Assembly (NCBI GenBank): GCA_051252375.1
Contig: JBPOFY010000001.1
Coordinates: forward strand, 576,001-640,000
Length of the DNA stretch: 64,000 nucleotides
Direction of reading: 5' to 3'
From: Opitutaceae bacterium
GTDB taxonomy: Bacteria; Verrucomicrobiota; Verrucomicrobiia; Opitutales; Coraliomargaritaceae
Part shown: positions 10,201 through 17,937 of the stretch, one piece after another
Layout of the letters: the number at the start of each line of letters is the position of its first letter
Numbering within the stretch: position 1 is the stretch's first letter
Translations under genes and position numbers: made by a program
The notes under the pieces: generated by a model
Seen by the model: the letters and a program-made list of their open reading frames with translations, nothing else
What the model was told of the DNA's origin: nothing
The model's database searches: none

Positions 10201-11442
10201 TTAACCATCTCGCTGCAGCACGACATGCTGCACATCAATCAAACCTGAGTTGAAGCCAGCTTCACAGTAGCTGAAGTAGTAGTTCCATTTGCGGCAGAAT
10301 TCAGCGTCGAATCCAAGTCCATGGACCGTGTCTTGGTTGGCATTGAAATCGACTGCCCAGCACCGTAGTGTCTCGGCGTAGTCTGGGCCAAAGGGCTCCA
10401 TCTTGAGCACTGTCATTTCGCCGGCATGGGCGACGTTGGCCTCGATCGCCCCAGGTGAGGGCAGATGCCCGCCCGGGAAAATGTATTTCTGTATCCAGTC
10501 GCAACTGTTACAGTAGCGCTCATAGCGTTCGTCGGGAATGGTGATTGCTTGAATCACGGCCTTCGCGCCTGGCTTGAGCGATTGCTGGATGGTCTCGAAA
10601 TAGCTTTCTAGGAACTCATGCCCCACGGCTTCGATCATTTCGCACGAGACGACGGCGTCGAATTGGCCGACTAGTGTGCGATAGTCTTGTAAGACGATTT
10701 CTATCTGATTCGAGACGCCTGCCTGAGAGAAGCGGTTTAGGGAATAACTAAACTGTTCTTCAGATAGCGTGATGGTTTTGACCAGGCAACCGCGCTCAGC
10801 GGCACGTTGAGCCAACGCACCCCAGCCGGATCCGATTTCTAAGATATGGTCACCTGCTTTGATGCCTGCGAGGTCTAGTATACGGTCGATTTTATTCCAT
10901 TGAGCCTGCTCTAGTGTGTCTTCCTTTGAGTGGAACAACGCACTGGAGTAAGTCATCGTGGCATCTAGGAAGGTCTCGTAGAAGGCATTACTTAAGTCGT
11001 AGTGCTCTTGGATGTTTTCCTTGCTTTGCTCGACCGTATTTCGCCGCGCTTGATGATACAGCTTATTCATTTTCTTAGCCAACAGAGAGAAGCCATACTG
11101 AACGCGCCCTAGTTCTTTTTGATTTTTTGCAAGTAGAGTTAGTATTCCGCTGAGGTCAGAGGTTTTCCAGGATCCGTCCACGTAGGCTTCGCCTAGACCA
11201 ATACTACCGCCGGAGAATACCTTGCGGAAAAACTTCGTATCCTCGATTAGCATTTCAACGAGTGGGAACGATGTGTCGCCAATGAGGGCACAGGCACCGC
11301 TTGGGAAATAGATGCGGAGCGAGCCGCCTTGTAGCCTTCCTAGCGCGCGTAGGAAGAGTCGCTCAACCATGAGAGGTTGAGGGCTATCAACGAGTGGACG
11401 TGCTGCGCTTATAGAAGAGTTGGCTAATGATGTGGTTTCCAT
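10201..11442 (-). CDS. cfa: Cyclopropane-fatty-acyl-phospholipid synthase family SAM-dependent methyltransferase (Cfa/UfaM-like)
   Basis: GLGEAYVDG, NIQEHYDLSNAFY, MTYSSA, LEIGSGWG, EMIEAVG, IQKYIFPGG, YFSYCEAGF. Confidence 0.9.
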   Translation of the reverse strand: METTSLANSSISAARPLVDSPQPLMVERLFLRALGRLQGGSLRIYFPSGACALIGDTSFPLVEMLIEDTKFFRKVFSGGSIGLGEAYVDGSWKTSDLSGILTLLAKNQKELGRVQYGFSLLAKKMNKLYHQARRNTVEQSKENIQEHYDLSNAFYETFLDATMTYSSALFHSKEDTLEQAQWNKIDRILDLAGIKAGDHILEIGSGWGALAQRAAERGCLVKTITLSEEQFSYSLNRFSQAGVSNQIEIVLQDYRTLVGQFDAVVSCEMIEAVGHEFLESYFETIQQSLKPGAKAVIQAITIPDERYERYCNSCDWIQKYIFPGGHLPSPGAIEANVAHAGEMTVLKMEPFGPDYAETLRCWAVDFNANQDTVHGLGFDAEFCRKWNYYFSYCEAGFNSGLIDVQHVVLQRDG

Positions 11443-12197
11443 GGGAAAAACATATTGGTGGTTTGTTGATAGCGTCGGTAGTCGTCGCCTCGGGACTGCA
11501 GCGAAGATCGTTCAGCATGCGGCACACCGGTTAGAAAGCGTAGGAATAGATACATACTCACAGGGCCTAGTAGCGCATACGGCCACATGACTGAGGTCGC
11601 GGCAAATGCGACGTAAGCCCACCAGTGCAACCACTCGAAGAAATAGTTTGGGTGACGCGAGTAGCGCCAAAGCCCTTGCTGGCAGACTTTATTTCGGTTG
11701 GAGGGGGCATTGCGAAATTGTGCGAGTTGCCGGTCGGCGACGAATTCACCGATCAGGGCGCAGAGCGCAATACTGACGGCTAGCCAATCAATCAGACCCC
11801 ATTGAGCGCTGGCATTCATCGCAATGCTAACAGGCACCATGAAGAGTGCGACCAGCAAAACTTGTAGGAGGAAGAGCGGGAAGTAGTTACGCATCGCTTT
11901 GTCGCCCCAATGCGCCGTGAGGTAGCTGTAGCGTGGGTCTTCTTTGCCTGATAATACCCGGTTCTTAAGTAAGTAAAACGAGAGGCGCAGGGACCAACTG
12001 AGTAGAATCGCCAGCACTACGTAACTGCGTGTCGTTGGCGCTTCCATTTGCATGAGATACGCGACTGCGGCAAGCCCTAGACCGCCCGACCATACTACAT
12101 CGACCAAGGCCATGATCTGCATGCGACGTGCAGTAAAATATGCTAAGCTTGCACCAATACTTCCGAGCAAGAGCAAATTTATCCAATAGTCGCTCAA
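11424..12197 (-). CDS. DUF1295 family membrane protein (steroid 5-alpha-reductase-like)
   Basis: VDVVW, EDPRY, ADRQL, GLWRYSRHPNYFFEW, YRRYQQTT. Confidence 0.88.
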   Translation of the reverse strand: MSDYWINLLLLGSIGASLAYFTARRMQIMALVDVVWSGGLGLAAVAYLMQMEAPTTRSYVVLAILLSWSLRLSFYLLKNRVLSGKEDPRYSYLTAHWGDKAMRNYFPLFLLQVLLVALFMVPVSIAMNASAQWGLIDWLAVSIALCALIGEFVADRQLAQFRNAPSNRNKVCQQGLWRYSRHPNYFFEWLHWWAYVAFAATSVMWPYALLGPVSMYLFLRFLTGVPHAERSSLQSRGDDYRRYQQTTNMFFPWKPHH

Positions 12198-13108
12198 GAT
12201 TCGCCTCCCAGGGTGGCTCGCTTCTCGGCCTCAGCGTAGATGTTTTCTGGATATACTTGTAGATCCCAGACCAAACCAAGCTTTTCCAAGCCGCGTAATA
12301 GTAAATAGGATAGATCTAGCTCCCACCAATACATGCCTTGCCGAGCGGAGAGTGGCCAGCGATGGTGGTTGTTATGCCAGCCTTCGCCGAAGGTGAGCAG
12401 TGCGATCCAGAAGCTGTTGCGGCTTTCGTCATCGTTGTTGAAGCGCTTATTGCCGATGATATGAGTGACCGAATTCACGCAAAAAGTCACATGATAGACT
12501 AGGATGGTGCTGAGAAAAAATCCCCACATGACCATCTGCATACCACTCGTGCCCAATCCAGGATAGTAGGTGTTTAGGCCTGCTCCGACGGCATAGAGGA
12601 GACCGATCAGTGAGAGCACGGGCAAAATGTGAAAGCGATCAATGAAGCGCAGCTCTGGGTATTTGTTTAAGTCTTTGATGCGGTCATGTTGAATTGATCC
12701 ATAGGCTCGGCACATAATCCAGCCGATGTGCGCCCAGAACGCATCTTTGACGACTGGCGAGTGAATGTCCTCGGGTTTATCTGAGTGCTGATGATGGTGG
12801 CGGTGGTTCGCTGCCCACCACATTGGACCGAGTTGCGCGGCTGAAGTGCCGACCCATGCCATGATGAATTGAAAGACGCGACTGGTCTTGAAGGAGCGGT
12901 GTGAGAAATAGCGGTGGAAGCCAGCTGTCAGTGCAAACACGCGCACGACATAAGTGATGACGAGTGCCACGACTGCTGCCCAGCTAAACCCAGTGAAGAG
13001 CGCACCGAGCGCCAGCAGGTGCATAATGAATATAGGCGAGGATGCCATCAACAGGCGGTTGTCCTCGTCGGCTAGGGCGTGTTTAATAATTTCACTCGGT
13101 TTACTCAT
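12194..13108 (-). CDS. Delta-9-like acyl-CoA/acyl-lipid desaturase
   Basis: Three His boxes HRYFSH, HRHHH and HNNHH, plus GEGWHNNHH and WWELD. Confidence 0.92.
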   Translation of the reverse strand: MSKPSEIIKHALADEDNRLLMASSPIFIMHLLALGALFTGFSWAAVVALVITYVVRVFALTAGFHRYFSHRSFKTSRVFQFIMAWVGTSAAQLGPMWWAANHRHHHQHSDKPEDIHSPVVKDAFWAHIGWIMCRAYGSIQHDRIKDLNKYPELRFIDRFHILPVLSLIGLLYAVGAGLNTYYPGLGTSGMQMVMWGFFLSTILVYHVTFCVNSVTHIIGNKRFNNDDESRNSFWIALLTFGEGWHNNHHRWPLSARQGMYWWELDLSYLLLRGLEKLGLVWDLQVYPENIYAEAEKRATLGGES

Positions 13109-13122
13109 GTGCGTGTTAAATT

Positions 13123-13148
13123 AACGAGGGACGCTGCTAATCCTTACA
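13123..13148 (-). promoter_or_regulatory. Putative ECF-sigma promoter TGTAAG-N16-CGTT (desaturase-DUF1295-cfa operon)
   Basis: Minus strand reads TGTAAG gattagcagcgtccct CGTT, 14 nt before ATG 13108. Confidence 0.7.
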
Positions 13149-13160
13149 GAAATCTTTTGA

Positions 13161-13187
13161 AGTAAGTTTTCGGATGCTTTGTTCGAT
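13161..13187 (+). promoter_or_regulatory. Putative ECF-sigma promoter AGTAAG-N17-CGAT (SRPBCC gene)
   Basis: Variant of the same motif, 11 nt before ATG 13199. Confidence 0.5.
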
Positions 13188-13198
13188 ATATAAGCATC

Positions 13199-13672
13199 AT
13201 GGCAAAAATTCATCAACTCTACCGCGAACAAATCATTGATACGGATATTGCATCCGCTTGGGACTTTATCAGTTCGCCTAAAAACCTCGACGCTATCACT
13301 CCCGACGACATGCCTTTCGAAATTATCACGAAGGTGCCGGAGAAAATGTATGATGGTCTATTGATTGAATATCGTGTCGGGATTCCCATTCTAGGCCGTC
13401 AAACGTGGCTGACGGAGCTAAAGCACATCCGTCTTGGGCATTCATTCGTCGATGAGCAGCGAATTGGTCCTTATAAAATCTGGTATCACTATCACGAAAT
13501 TACAGTCGTGCCTGGCGGTGTGCGTTTCGTCGACCGCGTAAACTATGTGTTACCCTGTGGTCCTTTCGGAGCGATTGCTCATGTGCTTTATGTGAAGAAG
13601 AAGCTTCAAGATGTCTTCAACTACCGTGATGTTGCGATGAGGAAGCAGTTCCTTAGCTATGTGAACGTGTAG
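13199..13672 (+). CDS. SRPBCC/START-like lipid-binding protein
   Basis: AWDFISSPKNLDAITP, FVDEQRIGPY.IWYHYH, FVDRVNY, VFNYR. Confidence 0.85.
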   Translation: MAKIHQLYREQIIDTDIASAWDFISSPKNLDAITPDDMPFEIITKVPEKMYDGLLIEYRVGIPILGRQTWLTELKHIRLGHSFVDEQRIGPYKIWYHYHEITVVPGGVRFVDRVNYVLPCGPFGAIAHVLYVKKKLQDVFNYRDVAMRKQFLSYVNV

Positions 13673-13796
13673 CTAATGGACATGTCGCGAAGTCGCTTCT
13701 ACCTTTCGATGTATCTTGTAGCCGACATCATCGTGGGGAAACGATTTGTTCGGGGCGCATTGATAATTGACGCCTGATCCTGTAGTCAGGGGTTGC

Positions 13797-15092
13797 TTAC
13801 TCCTCCAGCAGCTCTTTCGGCATATCCTTGTCGCTGAGGCGCTCGATCTTGGCGCCGATGGCGGCGAGCTTCTGCTCGAAACGTTCGTAGCCTCGGTCGA
13901 GGTGGTAGATGCGTTGGATCCAGGTGTCACCTGTGGCGGCGAAGGCGGCTAAAATCAAAGCAGCCGATGCACGTAGGTCGGACGCCATCACGGGTGCGCC
14001 GGAAAGTTTGGTTGCGCCTTTTACAATGGCACTGGGACCTTCGATGGCGATGTCTGCCCCCATACGTTGCAACTCGGGCACATGCATGAAGCGATTCGGG
14101 TAAATGCGCTCGGTGATGATTGAGAGACCCTCGGTTTGCGTCATCAGGGCGCAGAGCTGGGCTTGCAAATCAGTTGGATAGCCAGGGTGCGGCAGGGTGA
14201 TGACATCGACAGGTTTGAGCGAGCCTTCGTAGGGCAACACGCGGATGCTGTCTTCGGTGAACTCCATGGGGAGACCGGCTTCTTCGAGTTTATCGAGGAA
14301 TGCGCCGAGTAGTTTCGGTGCGATGCCTTTCACCGTGACGTCGCCACGCGTGATGGCGGCGGCGATGACAAATGTTCCAGCTTCGATGCGGTCAGCGATG
14401 ACGGTGTGCTCACAGCCGTGGAGTTTTTCGACGCCAGTGATGGTGAGCTCGGGGCTGCCGATGCCTTCGATCTTGGCGCCCATCTTGACGAGTAGGTTGC
14501 AGAGGTCGACGACTTCGGGTTCGCAGGCGGCACACTCTAAGCGAGTGATGCCTGGTGCGAGCACGGCGGCCATGACGATATTGGCGGTGCCGGTGACGGT
14601 GCTGCCGCTGCGACCACCCAGAAAGATTGGGCCACCTTTGATATTGGAGGCATCGACGTGTATGTAGCCGTTGGCGATCTCGACTTCGCAGTTGAGCTTT
14701 TTGAGCCCCTTGATGTGGAGATCAATCGGGCGTGGCCCGATCACGCAACCGCCGGGGATGGATACCTCGGCCTTGCGCATACGGGCGACGAGTGGACCGA
14801 GCAAACAGACGGAGGCACGCATCTTGCGCACCAGCTCGTAGGGCGCAATATGTGTGAGCTTTTTAGCGGTGATCTCCCATGTGCCGGGCGTCGGCTGGAC
14901 GGCTTCGGCGCCGACATGGCGAAGGATTTCGACCATGAAGCGCATATCGCTCAGGTCGGGCACATTCTTGAGAACAACCGTTTCTTCGGTTAGCAGGGTG
15001 GCGGCTAGAATCGGGAGGGCGGCATTTTTTGCACCGCCGACCGCGATCTCTCCATTGAGTGGGCCGTTGCCGCTAACTTTAAAAACATCCAT
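13797..15092 (-). CDS. murA: UDP-N-acetylglucosamine 1-carboxyvinyltransferase
   Basis: GAKNAALP, MRAS, PGGCVIGPRPIDLH (active-site Cys), DRIEAGT, PGYPTDLQ, DLRASA, LDRGY. Confidence 0.97.
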   Translation of the reverse strand: MDVFKVSGNGPLNGEIAVGGAKNAALPILAATLLTEETVVLKNVPDLSDMRFMVEILRHVGAEAVQPTPGTWEITAKKLTHIAPYELVRKMRASVCLLGPLVARMRKAEVSIPGGCVIGPRPIDLHIKGLKKLNCEVEIANGYIHVDASNIKGGPIFLGGRSGSTVTGTANIVMAAVLAPGITRLECAACEPEVVDLCNLLVKMGAKIEGIGSPELTITGVEKLHGCEHTVIADRIEAGTFVIAAAITRGDVTVKGIAPKLLGAFLDKLEEAGLPMEFTEDSIRVLPYEGSLKPVDVITLPHPGYPTDLQAQLCALMTQTEGLSIITERIYPNRFMHVPELQRMGADIAIEGPSAIVKGATKLSGAPVMASDLRASAALILAAFAATGDTWIQRIYHLDRGYERFEQKLAAIGAKIERLSDKDMPKELLEE

Positions 15093-15113
15093 TGCTGAGT
15101 GCGGGGCGGGTGA

Positions 15114-15932
15114 TTAAGATTCGTTGCTGAGCGATGCGGCTGTGTGGCGCTTCTCGCCACCTTGGCCACGACCTTTGCCACCGCGATTGCCGCCTGGGCG
15201 ACGACCTTGGCCGCCACGGTTTTGACCACCACGACGGTTTTGACCGCCACGGCTGTTATTGTTGCGATTGCCGCCTTTGCCTTGTGGGCGAGGGCCGCGA
15301 TTGCCGCCTTTTTTCTTTGGTTGCTCAGGTGTTTTGCCGAAAAGTTTACCGAAGAACGCACCAATCGCAGCGAATAAGCCACCTTTGCTTTTCTTAGCAG
15401 GGGCTTTCTTAGCATTGTTGCGCGGTGTGTTGGGCTTGCGCTCTGCTTTGGCTGGGCGGTTTTTGTCGCGTTCGGCACGGCGGGCATCGCGCTCAGCGCG
15501 GCGCTCAGTGAGTCGGGCTTCGACTGTCGCAATGGCTGCGAGTGTTTCCGAGCTCGGCTGTGGGTTGCCTACAGGGCGATTTTCACGTGGCGCACGTTCT
15601 TTGCGTGGTGCACTGCGTTCTGGCTTGTCGGCGCGAGGTTCGCGATTTTCACGAGGAGCGCGAGGTGCTCTTTCAGGGCGAGGTGCACGCGGTTCGCGTG
15701 AACGCTCCTGAGGAGGCAATGTCTCGGCAGGTTTGCCGCTGCCGCTTAATTTTTCTTCCTTAAGTGCTTCTGTTGGATCGACGGGGCCCATTTTTCCTGT
15801 GCTAGCGGAGGCGACTTCTGTTTTGAAGCCACCGCTACGGCGGCGTGTGCGAGGTTTTGCTGAGGCGTCTGTGCTGGGTGTGTAGCTTTGCGCTTGATTG
15901 TTTGTTGGATTGGTTTCTTCGAATTCTGGCAT
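15114..15932 (-). CDS. Intrinsically disordered Arg/Pro/Gly-rich hypothetical protein with an amphipathic helix and RGG tail
   Basis: Long ORF co-oriented 21 nt upstream of murA. Contains RAPR/ERAP repeats, a charged helix, GGLFAAIGAFFGKLFGK and RGGQN repeats. Start taken at ATG 15932. Confidence 0.75.
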   Translation of the reverse strand: MPEFEETNPTNNQAQSYTPSTDASAKPRTRRRSGGFKTEVASASTGKMGPVDPTEALKEEKLSGSGKPAETLPPQERSREPRAPRPERAPRAPRENREPRADKPERSAPRKERAPRENRPVGNPQPSSETLAAIATVEARLTERRAERDARRAERDKNRPAKAERKPNTPRNNAKKAPAKKSKGGLFAAIGAFFGKLFGKTPEQPKKKGGNRGPRPQGKGGNRNNNSRGGQNRRGGQNRGGQGRRPGGNRGGKGRGQGGEKRHTAASLSNES

Positions 15933-16227
15933 CGGATATGTGTGTTTATGGTAGTATGGGTCCTCCGCTAGAGCAGTCATAGCGGGGTGGACGGTTTAGT
16001 TGACGCGGGGAAAGGAGAGCAGAGGAAGGCTGATGAAAAATCCAGCCGACTTCCGTAACCGGGCATATTGCTCAAGAGCCAATTCGCGCGTCGAGGGGTG
16101 TATCGCTAACGGAGTAAATTTTCTGCCGCAAGAGTTAAGTTGTATATGTTGCTTGTTGTTGGTTGAAAGTTGTTTGTAGCGAGGAATCCGCTTGCTTGTG
16201 CGGGGAGTTGCACCTACCCATTTCTGC

Positions 16228-16599
16228 ATGGATAAACTTCAAGAAATTTTTGATATGCAGGACGCGCTAAATAAGCGCATTGGTGTGAATACTGACGGTA
16301 TGTCAGACGAAGATAAGGCCAAGTGGGTACTGAACTACACGCGTGCCATGCAGCAGGAAATGGCCGAGCTGATCGATTCCGTGCCTTGGAAGTGGTGGGC
16401 GAAGTATCAAGAGTTTGACGAGCAGAATGCTAAAGTTGAGGTGATCGACCTGTTTCACTTCCTTATTTCGCTGGCACAGGTGCTGGGCATGACGCCGGAG
16501 GATGTTTACGAGGCCTATCTGAAGAAGAACAAGGTGAACCACGATCGCCAGGACAGTGGCTACGTGAAGAAAGACGAAGACGACTCGCGTCACATTTAG
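16228..16599 (+). CDS. Dimeric all-alpha dUTPase (dUTPase_2/NTP-PPase family)
   Basis: EMAELIDSVPWKWW, EVIDLFHFLISL, YLKKNKVNHDRQDSGY; start at ATG 16228. Confidence 0.85.
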   Translation: MDKLQEIFDMQDALNKRIGVNTDGMSDEDKAKWVLNYTRAMQQEMAELIDSVPWKWWAKYQEFDEQNAKVEVIDLFHFLISLAQVLGMTPEDVYEAYLKKNKVNHDRQDSGYVKKDEDDSRHI

Positions 16600-16710
16600 T
16601 GCGGCTTCGCCGCAGAAGCTAGGAGCTAGAATGTAGAAGTCAGGAGAGTTTACTTTCTGGAATACTCTGCATCCTATCTCCTAACTTCTTACTACTGACT
16701 TCTACCTCCT
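16600..16710. repeat. Inverted heptamer-repeat cassette (AGRAGYY family), preceded by a small GC hairpin
   Basis: AGAAGCT AGGAGCT AGAATGT AGAAGTC AGGAGAG (16614-16648), a 20-nt spacer, then GCATCCT ATCTCCT AACTTCT TACTACT GACTTCT ACCTCCT (16669-16710). TGCGGC-TTC-GCCGCA at 16600-16614. Confidence 0.8.
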
Positions 16711-16715
16711 TCTAA

Positions 16716-17318
16716 ATGAACGAATCGCCCATAATGATACTGCTTTACGTGGGCATTGCTGCCTATGTGGGCCACATGTATTGGGGCGATTATCACGCGG
16801 ATAAGTCGGGAGAGCCGAAAGGCTCCGCGATGCCTGGTGCGAAGTCGGCTGGGCTCATGGTCTTCGTGATCGCGGCGATTGGTTCGTTATTGATTCTTGG
16901 TGCAGAGGTCGGGGGCGAGATCGCACTCGGTGTGGCCGATGAGCAGAGCGAAATGGTTTGGTATTTCGTTTTTGCGATTATCGCGGCGGGAATCGTGGAA
17001 GAAGTGATTTTTCGTGGGTTTTTAGTGGTCGAGAATAAGGGACGTGCCGCACTGATCGCGAGTTGTGTGGGCTTTTCGCTCTTGTTTGCACTCATTCATC
17101 CGCATCTCTGGAGCGCTGAAGAGGGCTTCGAGCTGACCCTCACTGCCAAGGGCTTTTTTAGCACCAGCATACTCTTTGCGAATTCATTGTGGTTTTACGC
17201 CTGTCGTTTTGGACCTTGGAATCGCAACGCGTCGCTTTTCCCCTGCATGCTCGCGCACGCGGCCAGTAATCTAGGTGTTTTTGTGGTGAAGCTGGCACAG
17301 GGTTACGTGGTATTTTAG
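16716..17318 (+). CDS. CPBP (Abi/CAAX) family intramembrane metalloprotease
   Basis: EEVIFRG, FALIH and HAASN motifs in a polytopic membrane protein. Confidence 0.85.
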   Translation: MNESPIMILLYVGIAAYVGHMYWGDYHADKSGEPKGSAMPGAKSAGLMVFVIAAIGSLLILGAEVGGEIALGVADEQSEMVWYFVFAIIAAGIVEEVIFRGFLVVENKGRAALIASCVGFSLLFALIHPHLWSAEEGFELTLTAKGFFSTSILFANSLWFYACRFGPWNRNASLFPCMLAHAASNLGVFVVKLAQGYVVF

Positions 17319-17327
17319 GGTTTATTG

Positions 17328-17801
17328 ATGCACTCTTTTACCGCGATTGATTTTGAAACGGCACAGCCGGCACGCTGCAGCATTTGCCAGGTGGGTTTGG
17401 TTCGGGTGGAGTGTGGTGAAGTCGTGGAGCAGGTGAGCCTATTGGTGCAACCGCCGGACAATACCTACAGCTATTGGAATACGAATGTGCATGGCTTGAC
17501 CGAGGCGGATACTAGGCATGCGCCATTTTTTGATGCGGTTTGGCCGCAACTTCGTGGTTTCATTGAGGGCCGCACGCTGGTCGCGCACAATGGGGCCTTT
17601 GATTTTTCGTGCCTGCGCAAGACGTTGGACTTTTACGGCATGGCCGAGCCGAGCTATGTGCCGCAATGCACCTATAAGATTTATAAGAAGAAGCTGAATG
17701 TGCTTTGTGAAGAGCGTGGTATTTCACTCAACCACCATGATGCGCTTTCGGATGCACGCGCATGTGCGGAGTTGTATCTACAGCATTTGCGGCACGGTTG
17801 A
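17328..17801 (+). CDS. DEDDh 3'-5' exonuclease (DNA polymerase III epsilon-like)
   Basis: AIDFETA, VAHNGAFD, HHDALSDARAC. Confidence 0.9.
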   Translation: MHSFTAIDFETAQPARCSICQVGLVRVECGEVVEQVSLLVQPPDNTYSYWNTNVHGLTEADTRHAPFFDAVWPQLRGFIEGRTLVAHNGAFDFSCLRKTLDFYGMAEPSYVPQCTYKIYKKKLNVLCEERGISLNHHDALSDARACAELYLQHLRHG

Positions 17802-17821
17802 CTCAAGAATAGATGTAGTCG

Positions 17822-17912
17822 CGCTGGAGGGACGTGTTTTACACGTCCGCCATTCGTATTGTATGGCAGGGACTAACCAGATGCGGACGAGCGGGAGCTC
17901 GTCCCTCCAGCG
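17822..17912. repeat. REP-like inverted doublet (REPIN-like) between convergent genes
   Basis: Perfect 13-bp terminal inverted repeat CGCTGGAGGGACG...CGTCCCTCCAGCG. Each arm has its own hairpin (GGACGTGT-TTT-ACACGTCC and GGACGAGC-GGGA-GCTCGTCC). Confidence 0.75.
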
Positions 17913-17937
17913 GAAGATCTAATATCGATGCGTTGCC

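Noticed and set aside
13673..13796. Small RNA between the SRPBCC gene and murA
   Set aside because: Several short imperfect hairpins, but no promoter, terminator or recognisable family.
13797..15092. Fosfomycin-resistant MurA
   Set aside because: The active-site Cys is retained (GGCVIGPRP).
15005..15763. Alternative-frame ORFs over the disordered protein, and other long antisense ORFs over murA, purM and sufBD
   Set aside because: Shadow ORFs caused by codon bias and low complexity; they overlap better-supported genes and carry no motifs.
16600..16710. CRISPR array (also considered for 50386-50495 and 51814-51848)
   Set aside because: Units are 7-nt tandem repeats with no unique spacers, and there are no cas genes.
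16228..17801. Phage remnant or Abi defence locus (dimeric dUTPase, CPBP/Abi protease, exonuclease)
   Set aside because: All three families are common chromosomal genes, and no other phage or defence genes are adjacent.
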